A DNA stretch of 64,000 nt from Anaerolineae bacterium (GTDB taxonomy: Bacteria; Chloroflexota; Anaerolineae; Aggregatilineales; Phototrophicaceae): positions 81,548-145,547 of the forward strand of contig JAHDWN010000012.1 of assembly GCA_023382675.1 (NCBI GenBank). Direction: 5' to 3'. The translations under genes were made by a program, and so were the position numbers. This document shows positions 8,993-17,134 of the stretch, piece after piece. The notes below the pieces were generated by a model, which saw only the letters and a program-made list of their open reading frames with translations, had not been told where the DNA came from and did no database searches. The stretch's first letter is position 1, and each line of letters opens with the position of its first letter.

Positions 8993-11900
8993 ATGCGTAA
9001 GCTACTGATCTCCATCCTGATTATCGCTGCGCTTCTGTTCGCAGTGACCATCGTGGTTGCCCAGGCTCAAGGCATTACTATCAATGGCGTTGACGACAGC
9101 GAGTTTCCGCTCCTGAAGCTGCTTGTCACGGTCGTCAGTGCTGATGGTCGCCCCGTGCTCGGATTGACCGAAACCGATTTTAGCGCGCTGGCTCAGGGCA
9201 GAAGTGCCGAGGTCGTGCGCGTTGAAGAGATCCGCAATAGCGATCTACCTGTTTCCGTGGCGCTCGTCATTGATTCCAGCGAGAGCATGTACGCCGCGCC
9301 TTTGCAGGATGCGAAAGACGCTGCCAACATTTTGTTGGATAATTTGCGCCCGGTGGATGAAGTCGCGGTCATTGATTTCGACTCTGGCTATCGTGTCATC
9401 CAGCCCTTTACCAGCGATTTCGCTGCGGCTCGCAGCGCGGTCGCCGGCCTAACGGCGGGTGGTGTCACGTCGCTCTACGATGCCGCTTATGCCGGTGCAG
9501 AAATCGCCATCAACGAAGCGCGCAATCCCAGGCGGTTTGTCGTTCTGGTGACTGATGGGCATGAATATGGTGGACTGAGCACCCATGGCGCAAACGATGC
9601 CATCCAACTTGGCACCGCCAACGGCGTGCCATTCTTTGCCATCGGCTTCGGCTCGGTCTATGCACCTTATTTGCAGAATCTGGGAAACAACTCGGGCGGC
9701 CAGACTTACATCTTGCCGTCCTCGGCCCAATTGAGCCAGATATTCGATTTCATTTCGAGTTATCTGCGCAGCCAGTATATCGTCACGATCCAGCCTAACC
9801 TGGAGCCAGATGGGTCGCCTGCACCAATCACCATCCGTACAGGCAGCGCATCAACGACTCGTGGTTATGTGGTGCCCGATCTCTATCCAGTGCCTGGCAT
9901 GAGCGGTATCCCTGCGGAACCCATCAGCGAACCCACGATATTCACGATTTCCGGCACTGCGCCGCGCCAGTTCGGTACGCTTAATGTGGCGATTGATGGC
10001 ACTCCGGTCGAATTAGAGAATCGTGTGCTCAGTGCGGACAATCTGAATCTGAGCGGTTCTGTGACAATCGATCCGCTACGATTTGTGCCTGGCACATACA
10101 GCCTTTCAGTTGAAGCTATCGATGCCGCCGGGGCCAGCCGTTCGACCAGCCAATCGTTCGCGATTGCCGAGCTGCCTTTCCTGATCGATGCGACAGGCAT
10201 TGTCGCTGGCGAGACGATTGCGAATGAGACGGTACGCACTGTCAACGTCGGCATTCTGCAAACCCAGACGGCGGTCGAGCAGGTGACATTCTCTGTCGAT
10301 GGGATCGCTGTCCAGACGGACACGGCAGCGCCCTACAGCGCCGACATCGCTTTGACAAATCTGGTGCCTGGGCCGCATCTGGTCAGCGTCGTTGCGCAAA
10401 ACGCGCAGGGACAGCAAGCAGAGAGCACACTGGCGTTCGTCATTCCGGAGCCGCCAACGGCGACCCCAACGAACACGCCGGTGCCGCCGACAGCAACCCC
10501 AACGAATACACCAGTACCGCCGACAGCTACGCCGACGCACACGCCGGTACCGCCGACGGCTACACCAACCGATACGCCTGTTCCACCGACGGCTACACCA
10601 ACCGACACGCTGGTGCCACCGACAAACACGCCTGTTCCGCCAACCATTACGCCAGTACCGCCTACATTTTCTGTCAGCGGCATAGCGTTGGGCGAAGAAG
10701 TTGCGGATGCCGCCCGCGCGATACGGGTTACGTTGGGCGAAGGTGTCCAGGCTGAGAGCGTCACTTTTGCCCTGGATGGGCAGGAAATCGACCGCGATAT
10801 CGCTGCCCCGTATGTCACGACCATCGACATGCAGGCGCTACCGTCAGGTGCTCACGTATTGGATGTGAGTGTAACGAGTGTCACTGGCGAGTCAGCAGCA
10901 GAGCAGATTCCGTTCACTGTGTCAGCACAGCCAACGGCAACACCACGCGTAGCGGTAGTCGTCGTGCCACCGGCGAATACGCCGATGCCGCCGACGGCTA
11001 CAGGCATTCCGCTGGTCTTCACGATCAGGGGTATCGAACTCGGCCAGGACGTGACGGAACCGGCACTTGCCATAGAAGTCGCGCCCGGCGAAGGTGTCCA
11101 GGCTGAAAGCATCACTTTTGCCCTGGATGGCGCGGAAATCGACCGCGATATTGCTGCGCCCTACGTCACTACCATCGATACCACCGTTCTCGATCCTGGC
11201 GCTCACATTCTGGACATCACACTGACGAGCACTAGTGGTGAAACGGCAACGCAGCAGATCCCGTTCAATGTGATCGAAGGTCCGACGGCGACCCCGCGTG
11301 AAGGTGTCGTGGTTGTACCGCCAGCCGCCACCATTACGTCAGAAGCGCCTACGAGCGTACCGGCGACCGTGAGCACTGAGCCGGCTACCCTATCTGCTAC
11401 CGAAGAAGGGACGCCTACCGAAACTTCTGTCGCAGCCACCGAGACTGCGGAGATACCCACGGAGATGCCCGGTACGCCAGCCTTTACCGTGAGTGGTATC
11501 GAAAGTGGGGCGACGGTGCAAGGCCCTGTGCTGACGGTCGAGGTCGAACCCGGCGAAGATGTCGCAGTCGATAATGTGACCTTCAGCCTCGATGACGAGG
11601 AAATCGCTGTCGATGCCGAAGCGCCCTATTCAGTCGAAATCGAGACTGCTCCGCTGGCACCGGGTGATCACTTGTTGGATATTACGCTGACGGACGCTTC
11701 GGGGGCGACAGGCTTGGCACAGATCCCATTCGTCATACCGCCTCTGGAAGTTACGGCAGAGCCACAGACGGTTCCTCTGACGTTCAGCCTGACCGGGTTG
11801 AGCGATGGCGAGCTTGTCGCCGAGGCTAGCCGCGTGATTGAGGTTGTGCCGGGAGACGGTGTCGAAGTCGCCGATGTGAAATTCGCTATCGACGGCGCGG

Positions 11901-12145
11901 AAACTGCCACTGTCGATCAAGCGCCTTACTCGACGACGATAGACATGACCACCCTGGATGAAGGCGCGCACAGCCTCTCGGTGACGATGCGGAACACAGC
12001 AGACGAGGCATTGACGCAAACAGTCAATTTCAGTGTTTTGGGTCGTGCTGCCGCCAACGACTTGCTGTTGATTGGAGGGAGCACCCTGCTGCTTGGGCTG
12101 CTCGTCGCTGCCTGGTCAACTGTAGGGCGGCGTCGCCGACGGTAG
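8993..12145 (+). CDS. Cell-surface von Willebrand factor A (VWA) domain protein with about six Ig-like modules, a Pro/Thr linker and a C-terminal membrane anchor
   Basis: GAGG lies 5 nt upstream of ATG 8993. Signal/TM MRKLLISILIIAALLFAVTIVVAQA. MIDAS-like VALVIDSSESM. Modules repeat with a ...DG.E...D.AAPY...PG.H.L... signature. The C-terminus is LLLIGGSTLLLGLLVAAW plus RRRRR. Confidence 0.8.
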   Translation: MRKLLISILIIAALLFAVTIVVAQAQGITINGVDDSEFPLLKLLVTVVSADGRPVLGLTETDFSALAQGRSAEVVRVEEIRNSDLPVSVALVIDSSESMYAAPLQDAKDAANILLDNLRPVDEVAVIDFDSGYRVIQPFTSDFAAARSAVAGLTAGGVTSLYDAAYAGAEIAINEARNPRRFVVLVTDGHEYGGLSTHGANDAIQLGTANGVPFFAIGFGSVYAPYLQNLGNNSGGQTYILPSSAQLSQIFDFISSYLRSQYIVTIQPNLEPDGSPAPITIRTGSASTTRGYVVPDLYPVPGMSGIPAEPISEPTIFTISGTAPRQFGTLNVAIDGTPVELENRVLSADNLNLSGSVTIDPLRFVPGTYSLSVEAIDAAGASRSTSQSFAIAELPFLIDATGIVAGETIANETVRTVNVGILQTQTAVEQVTFSVDGIAVQTDTAAPYSADIALTNLVPGPHLVSVVAQNAQGQQAESTLAFVIPEPPTATPTNTPVPPTATPTNTPVPPTATPTHTPVPPTATPTDTPVPPTATPTDTLVPPTNTPVPPTITPVPPTFSVSGIALGEEVADAARAIRVTLGEGVQAESVTFALDGQEIDRDIAAPYVTTIDMQALPSGAHVLDVSVTSVTGESAAEQIPFTVSAQPTATPRVAVVVVPPANTPMPPTATGIPLVFTIRGIELGQDVTEPALAIEVAPGEGVQAESITFALDGAEIDRDIAAPYVTTIDTTVLDPGAHILDITLTSTSGETATQQIPFNVIEGPTATPREGVVVVPPAATITSEAPTSVPATVSTEPATLSATEEGTPTETSVAATETAEIPTEMPGTPAFTVSGIESGATVQGPVLTVEVEPGEDVAVDNVTFSLDDEEIAVDAEAPYSVEIETAPLAPGDHLLDITLTDASGATGLAQIPFVIPPLEVTAEPQTVPLTFSLTGLSDGELVAEASRVIEVVPGDGVEVADVKFAIDGAETATVDQAPYSTTIDMTTLDEGAHSLSVTMRNTADEALTQTVNFSVLGRAAANDLLLIGGSTLLLGLLVAAWSTVGRRRRR
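10449..10668 (+). repeat. In-frame 33-nt tandem repeat encoding the PPTATPT(N/H/D)TPV linker (about 5-6 copies)
   Basis: The translation reads PPTATPTNTPVPPTATPTNTPVPPTATPTHTPVPPTATPTDTPVPPTATPTDTLVPPTNTPVPPTITPVPP. The nucleotide copies differ mainly at wobble positions. Confidence 0.85.
10667..11367 (+). repeat. Two adjacent ~350-nt intragenic module copies with high nucleotide identity
   Basis: GEGVQAESVTFALDGQEIDRDIAAPYVTTIDM... versus GEGVQAESITFALDGAEIDRDIAAPYVTTIDT.... The DNA stretches ggcgaaggtgtccaggctga.agc.tcacttttgccctggatgg are nearly identical. Confidence 0.8.
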
Positions 12146-12164
12146 ACAGTCACTACTGACCTTA

Positions 12165-12197
12165 CAAAAAGGACGAGCCATGTGGTTCGTCCTCTTT
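12165..12197. terminator. Weak stem-loop between convergent genes
   Basis: AGGACGA-N10-TCGTCCT flanked by an A-run and a T-rich tract. Confidence 0.35.
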
Positions 12198-12220
12198 CAT
12201 ATAATCCACATTTCAGAGAT

Positions 12221-12616
12221 TCAAACGCCGAGCCACTCGAAAAGTGCGGCGCGTGCTTCAGGCGCAAGTGCCAGATTGATGGCAATGTAACCGCTGGCGT
12301 CGCCAATAACTGCCGGGCGAACCAGAAGCCGACCATCGGATTGTAATCCCAGGCCGATGCTCGTTTGGCCACTGCCCAACTGGCGCGAGTACTGCAAGCC
12401 ATCGACGGGTTGAAGCATTCTGAGAACGCGCTTCAATTCCTCAACGCGTGGGCGGAGCGCGATCTCCAATGGCCCATAACTTGTAGAAACCGCGAGATAT
12501 TCACCTTCCAGGCGCAGACTCACATGCGCGAGTGAGCCATCTTCTGACCTGGAAAGACTGAAGATGCCTGTGGTTGGATCATAGTGAGCTTGATTGAGGG
12601 TCTCGATCTTGGGCAT
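12221..12616 (-). CDS. Hypothetical protein
   Basis: The ORF is trimmed to MPKIETLNQAHYD... because the longer form would overlap the divergent LLM gene start. I recognise no motif. Confidence 0.45.
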   Translation of the reverse strand: MPKIETLNQAHYDPTTGIFSLSRSEDGSLAHVSLRLEGEYLAVSTSYGPLEIALRPRVEELKRVLRMLQPVDGLQYSRQLGSGQTSIGLGLQSDGRLLVRPAVIGDASGYIAINLALAPEARAALFEWLGV

Positions 12617-12766
12617 ATTGCCTTGCCTGATGCGTGTGTAATACACTGGCGCGCAGTATAGCACAGGCTTGATCAGCAGACGATAGCGGCGAGCAGCAGA
12701 AAGTTGTGTCAACTCAAGGAACTCACTAAAATCACACCTCAGAGCTTGCACTGGATGGGAGTACAC

Positions 12767-13786
12767 ATGATGGATTTTGCTATTACTTTTAAGGGAGACA
12801 TCGATCCGCGACGAACAGTTAACCTGTGCAAATTAGCGGAGCAGGCTGGTTTTCGCTACGCCTGGTTTTTTGATTCACACATTCTATGGCGCGAATGCTT
12901 CGTCACGATGGCGATGTGTATGGAACACACGGAGCATATGCGCTTCGGTGCGTGCGTCACCAATCCTGGCGTTCGCGATTGGTCAGTTGCGGCCAGCATT
13001 CATGCGACCCTGGCGGCACAGAGCGGCGGTCGCATCGATATGGGGCTGGGGCGCGGCGACAGCAGCCGCCGCGTCATGGGCCGCAGGCCGATGACGGTGG
13101 ACACGATGGTGGAATTCGCCCAGGCGGTCAAAGGCATGATTCGCGGCGACGAAGTGACCTATGAAGACGACGTTACGCCCGTGCAATTCCCGTGGGCAGC
13201 GGGCTACGAACTGCCGATTTGGTTCGCCGCCTACGGCCCGAAGGCACTGAAGGCCACCGGCGAGCACGCCGACGGCCTGATCATTCAATTGGCAGATCCA
13301 TGGCTGGTCAAATGGTTCAGCGATCAGGCAAAGGAGGCTGCCAAAGCCGTTGGACGCGACATGAGCAACTTCAAAGTGATGTCGGCAGCGCCGGCTTGGG
13401 TCGGGGACATGAACAAGGCGCGCGAGCAAACGCGCTGGTTCCCGGCGATGGTCGGCAATCATGTGGCTGACCTGGTTGAGAAATATGGCAACGCGGGGCA
13501 TTCCGTGCCGCAGCGCCTGACCGACTATATTGAGGGGCGCAAAGGCTACGACTATCGCCATCATGCTGACAAAGACGCCGATCACCTCGGATTTATCAAG
13601 GATGATATTATCGACAGCTTCGGCGTCCTTGGCGGGGTTGATGCGCACATCGCCAAGATCAAAGAACTGGAATCTATCGGCGTCACTCAGTTCAATATCT
13701 ATTTGATGGTGGGCGACGAGGAGCGCATCGTTGAAGAATATGGCAAGCATGTCCTGCCGCAGTTTGCGCAATCCGTGCAGGCATAA
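12767..13786 (+). CDS. LLM-class (luciferase-like) flavin/F420-dependent oxidoreductase
   Basis: GGGAG lies 6 nt upstream of ATG 12767. MDFAITFKG...AEQAGFRYAWFFDSH...GRIDMGLGRGDS...YGPKALKATGEHADGLI is typical of the TIM-barrel LLM family, which includes methylene-H4MPT reductase/F420-type members. Confidence 0.75.
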   Translation: MMDFAITFKGDIDPRRTVNLCKLAEQAGFRYAWFFDSHILWRECFVTMAMCMEHTEHMRFGACVTNPGVRDWSVAASIHATLAAQSGGRIDMGLGRGDSSRRVMGRRPMTVDTMVEFAQAVKGMIRGDEVTYEDDVTPVQFPWAAGYELPIWFAAYGPKALKATGEHADGLIIQLADPWLVKWFSDQAKEAAKAVGRDMSNFKVMSAAPAWVGDMNKAREQTRWFPAMVGNHVADLVEKYGNAGHSVPQRLTDYIEGRKGYDYRHHADKDADHLGFIKDDIIDSFGVLGGVDAHIAKIKELESIGVTQFNIYLMVGDEERIVEEYGKHVLPQFAQSVQA

Positions 13787-13814
13787 GACCCAGGCTCACA
13801 ATTAGGAGGCATCC

Positions 13815-15290
13815 ATGGGTACTCTTTTCAGAAATGGCACGATCATCACCGCCAGTGACATGATCGATGCTGACGTGCTGGTCGAAGATGGTGTGATCAC
13901 ACAGATTGGCCGGAACATCAGCCGCCGTGGTCACGAAGTGGTGAATTGCAAAGGTAAATACCTGATGCCGGGCGGCATCGATGTGCATACACATCTCGAT
14001 CTGCCCTTTGGCGGCACATACAGCAACGATGACTTCGACGTTGGGCACAAAGCGGCGGCGTTTGGCGGCACGACGACACACATCGATTTCGTCATCCAGC
14101 CCAAGGGCGGCAGCTTGCATGATGGGCTGAAGACATGGCGTGAGAAAGCCAAACCCGCGCAAATCGACTACGGGTTTCACATGGCGATCACCGATCTGCG
14201 TGATGATGTGATGGCGGAGATTCCGTCGCTGCTTGACGAGGGTATCACCAGCCTGAAGCTCTTTATGGCTTATAAGAACGTGTTTCAGGTCGATGATAAG
14301 ACACTCTATCTGGCGATGAAGCAGGCGGCTGCGAACGGCATGATCGTCATGGTCCATGCCGAGAATGGCGATGTCGAAGAACAACTGCGTCTGCAACTGC
14401 TGGCCGAGGGCAAGACAGACCCGGTCTGGCATTATTCCTCGCGGCCTCCGGAAATCGAGGGCGAGGCGACCAATCGTGCAGTCGTCATGAGCGGCATGAC
14501 TGGCTGTCCGCTCTACGTCGTCCACATGACCTGCGAGCAGTCCGTGGCTGCGCTGCGCCGTGGTCGCGCGCTCGGTTATCCGGTCATGGGCGAGTCGTGC
14601 GTCCAGTATTTCCACATCACCCGCGACAAGCACCTGGGTGCCAAAGGTTTTGAAGGCGCAAAATACGTTTGCTCGCCGCCGGTGCGTAACTCGGAACATC
14701 ATGCGATTCTCTGGCAGGCGATCAAAGATGGCACGCTTCAGGTCGTCAGCACCGATCACTGCGATTTCTGGTATGAGGGCGGCGTCGGCCCCTGGGAAGA
14801 CTGGTCGGCCAAACACAACGGCGGCAACTGGATCGAATATGAAAAGCAGAACCCCAGCTATCGGCGTCCCGGCAAGGAACTGGGCAAAGGTAATTTCGCC
14901 AAGATTCCGAATGGCCTGCCTGCGATTGAAGATCGCCTGATGGTGATGTGGCAGCTTGGCGTGAACAGCGGCAAGATTTCGCCACAGCGTTTCGTCGAGA
15001 TCAACTGCACGAACCCGGCGAAGATCTTCGGCATGTATCCGAAGAAAGGTTCGATTGCCGTTGGCGCAGATGCGGACATTCTCGTCTGGGATCCCAAGAA
15101 GACCCACACCTTGAGCGTGAAGTCGCAGCACATGAAGTGCGACTACAATATGTTCGAAGGCATGAAGGTGCGTGGTGTGCCGGTGCAGGTCTACTTGCGC
15201 GGGCGCAAGCTGGTGGATGGCGACGAATGGTTTGGCACGAATGGCGGCGGGCAATACGTCCATCGTAAGCCTCATGCCCCGGTGCTCTAG
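13815..15290 (+). CDS. Dihydropyrimidinase / D-hydantoinase (cyclic amidohydrolase)
   Basis: AGGAGG SD upstream. MPGGIDVHTHLDLPFGG (the HxH metal site), IVMVHAENGD and VSTDHC are present. Length is 491 aa. Confidence 0.88.
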   Translation: MGTLFRNGTIITASDMIDADVLVEDGVITQIGRNISRRGHEVVNCKGKYLMPGGIDVHTHLDLPFGGTYSNDDFDVGHKAAAFGGTTTHIDFVIQPKGGSLHDGLKTWREKAKPAQIDYGFHMAITDLRDDVMAEIPSLLDEGITSLKLFMAYKNVFQVDDKTLYLAMKQAAANGMIVMVHAENGDVEEQLRLQLLAEGKTDPVWHYSSRPPEIEGEATNRAVVMSGMTGCPLYVVHMTCEQSVAALRRGRALGYPVMGESCVQYFHITRDKHLGAKGFEGAKYVCSPPVRNSEHHAILWQAIKDGTLQVVSTDHCDFWYEGGVGPWEDWSAKHNGGNWIEYEKQNPSYRRPGKELGKGNFAKIPNGLPAIEDRLMVMWQLGVNSGKISPQRFVEINCTNPAKIFGMYPKKGSIAVGADADILVWDPKKTHTLSVKSQHMKCDYNMFEGMKVRGVPVQVYLRGRKLVDGDEWFGTNGGGQYVHRKPHAPVL

Positions 15291-15360
15291 CAGTTTGTTA
15301 GACTCCTCGTCTCCTGTAAGTCGTGGGGCGCAAGATCAATGCGCCCCGTTTTGTGCTTGA

Positions 15361-16239
15361 GTGCAACCTGTGATCACGAACGACACCATCAAGATCATTA
15401 CCCGCGAGATCTTCGACGCTCAGCCAGAGGGGATTCATCGCGTTCACGGGGGCGACATCAACGAGGCATTCTGTGTCGAGGTCAGCGGCGGGCGCTATTT
15501 CATCAAGATCAACAGCGCCACGCCAGTGGGATTCTTTGGCGCCGAGCAGGACGGCCTGATCCGCTTGCGCGAGGCAAATCGGCTGCGTGTCCCGGCCGTG
15601 ATCGCACAAGCCGACGCCGCTGCTCATCTTCCCGCCTATTTAGTGCTGGAGTGGCTGGAAGAAGCGCCGCCGTCATCGGCGTTTGCCGCCGGATTTGGCG
15701 AGGCGCTGGCACTCCAGCACCAGATCACGCGGGTGGACTTCGGGCTAGATCGCGATAACTTCATTGGCAAGCTGCCACAGCGCAACCCACCAACGGCGCG
15801 CTGGGGCGATTTCTATCGCGATCAGCGGATTGCGCCTCAGGCAGCGCTGGCACGCAAGCGTGGCATGAGCGCATCACGCCTCGCGCTGCTGGAACGCCTG
15901 ATGACACGATTGCCCGCTTTGCTGCCCAACACCAGCACACCATCGCTGCTGCATGGCGATCTCTGGCGCGGCAACTACATGACGCTGGCTGGCGACATCC
16001 CGGCAGTGATCGATCCGGCGGTCTATTTTGGGGATCGCGAGATCGAACTGGCCTTCACCGAGTTATTCGGCGGCTTTTCTGCCCAGTTTTACGCAGCCTA
16101 CCGCGCTACATTCCCGCTCGAACCGGGCTATGAAGACCGGCGCGCCCTGTATCAACTCTACCCGCTGCTGGTGCATTACAATCTCTTCGGCGAACCCTAC
16201 GGCGCACATGTCGAAGCAGTCTGCCGTCGCTACGTTTGA
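15361..16239 (+). CDS. Fructosamine/ketosamine-3-kinase family protein
   Basis: HGGDINEAFCVEVSGGRYFIK and the catalytic LLHGDLWRGNYM are present. The start is GTG. Confidence 0.85.
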   Translation: MQPVITNDTIKIITREIFDAQPEGIHRVHGGDINEAFCVEVSGGRYFIKINSATPVGFFGAEQDGLIRLREANRLRVPAVIAQADAAAHLPAYLVLEWLEEAPPSSAFAAGFGEALALQHQITRVDFGLDRDNFIGKLPQRNPPTARWGDFYRDQRIAPQAALARKRGMSASRLALLERLMTRLPALLPNTSTPSLLHGDLWRGNYMTLAGDIPAVIDPAVYFGDREIELAFTELFGGFSAQFYAAYRATFPLEPGYEDRRALYQLYPLLVHYNLFGEPYGAHVEAVCRRYV

Positions 16240-17015
16240 AGGGGCGGGCGATATATCCGCGCGACAAACGTCGAGTTGACGGGCAGCGGGACGCTCGGAT
16301 CATCGAAGTGCGTCTCGATATAGCTTTGCAGGGTGTGCAAGGCATCGTCGATCTGGGTGTCAGTCATACGCCATGTGTGTGACCAGATACGCTTGCGCAG
16401 AGATTCCAGATATTCTCCCGGCGCGCGTTGAACCGAATACGGCAGTTCGAGCACGTCGCCGGCAAGCTGCCAACCATGCTCCTCCATGGCCGTGAGCCGC
16501 TGATCCATGCGCATTCCAATCTCCGGGGTCTGCCGGCGTCCGGTCACCTGACGCCAGACTTCCGTGAGCGCGTCGGTTTTGTCATGCTCTGTCCAGGCGT
16601 GAATGAGCACGCCTCCAGGCTTGAGGACACGGGCAATCTCGCTCAAGGCCATCTCATAACCGGCCACGAGGTGAAAGATATGCACGGCAATGGCAGCGTC
16701 AAAACTGTGTGAAGCCAGTGGTAAGCGGGTGATGTCACCCTGGGCGACAAAGACAGGCTCGTGGTGGCGTTTACTCCGCAATCGTTGCAGCATGGCGGAA
16801 GACAGGTCAATTCCCACCACGCAGGCGACGTGTGTAGACAAGGGCAGCGCAATGCGACCAGTGCCGATGCCAACTTCGAGCACCCGGCTATTGGCCGTCA
16901 GATTGCCTGCCTGTGCGATCAGCGCGGCCGCCTGCTCGCTCACACCCGGAGGGAATCCGCGCGTCTGATCGTAGAAATCCGCCGCACGGTCGAAATCGAC
17001 AGATTGGTTGGGCAC
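16230..17015 (-). CDS. Class I SAM-dependent methyltransferase
   Basis: AAGGAGG lies upstream of GTG 17015. Motif I is VLEVGIGTGRIALPL, and VLKPGGVLI is also present. Confidence 0.85.
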   Translation of the reverse strand: MPNQSVDFDRAADFYDQTRGFPPGVSEQAAALIAQAGNLTANSRVLEVGIGTGRIALPLSTHVACVVGIDLSSAMLQRLRSKRHHEPVFVAQGDITRLPLASHSFDAAIAVHIFHLVAGYEMALSEIARVLKPGGVLIHAWTEHDKTDALTEVWRQVTGRRQTPEIGMRMDQRLTAMEEHGWQLAGDVLELPYSVQRAPGEYLESLRKRIWSHTWRMTDTQIDDALHTLQSYIETHFDDPSVPLPVNSTFVARIYRPPLQT

Positions 17016-17134
17016 ATTTCCTCCTTTTGCATGACTGAGCTGAACTGGCCGACCTGACGAGAATTTCGCCGCTCATAAGACGTGCGCTATACTCGCATGG
17101 TAGTAAGCGCTCCCCTGGTTGAGGATAACCGAAT

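Noticed and set aside
10449-10668. Regular 33-nt periodic repeat that could superficially resemble a CRISPR-like array
   Set aside because: The repeat units are contiguous with no spacers and in frame inside a long ORF. They encode a Pro/Thr linker, and no cas genes are present.
13692-15275. 527-aa ORF on the minus strand spanning the whole dihydropyrimidinase gene
   Set aside because: It is antisense to a gene with unmistakable hydantoinase motifs. Its translation is Arg/Ala/His-rich low-complexity sequence, typical of stop-poor antisense frames in GC-rich DNA, and it has no ribosome-binding site.
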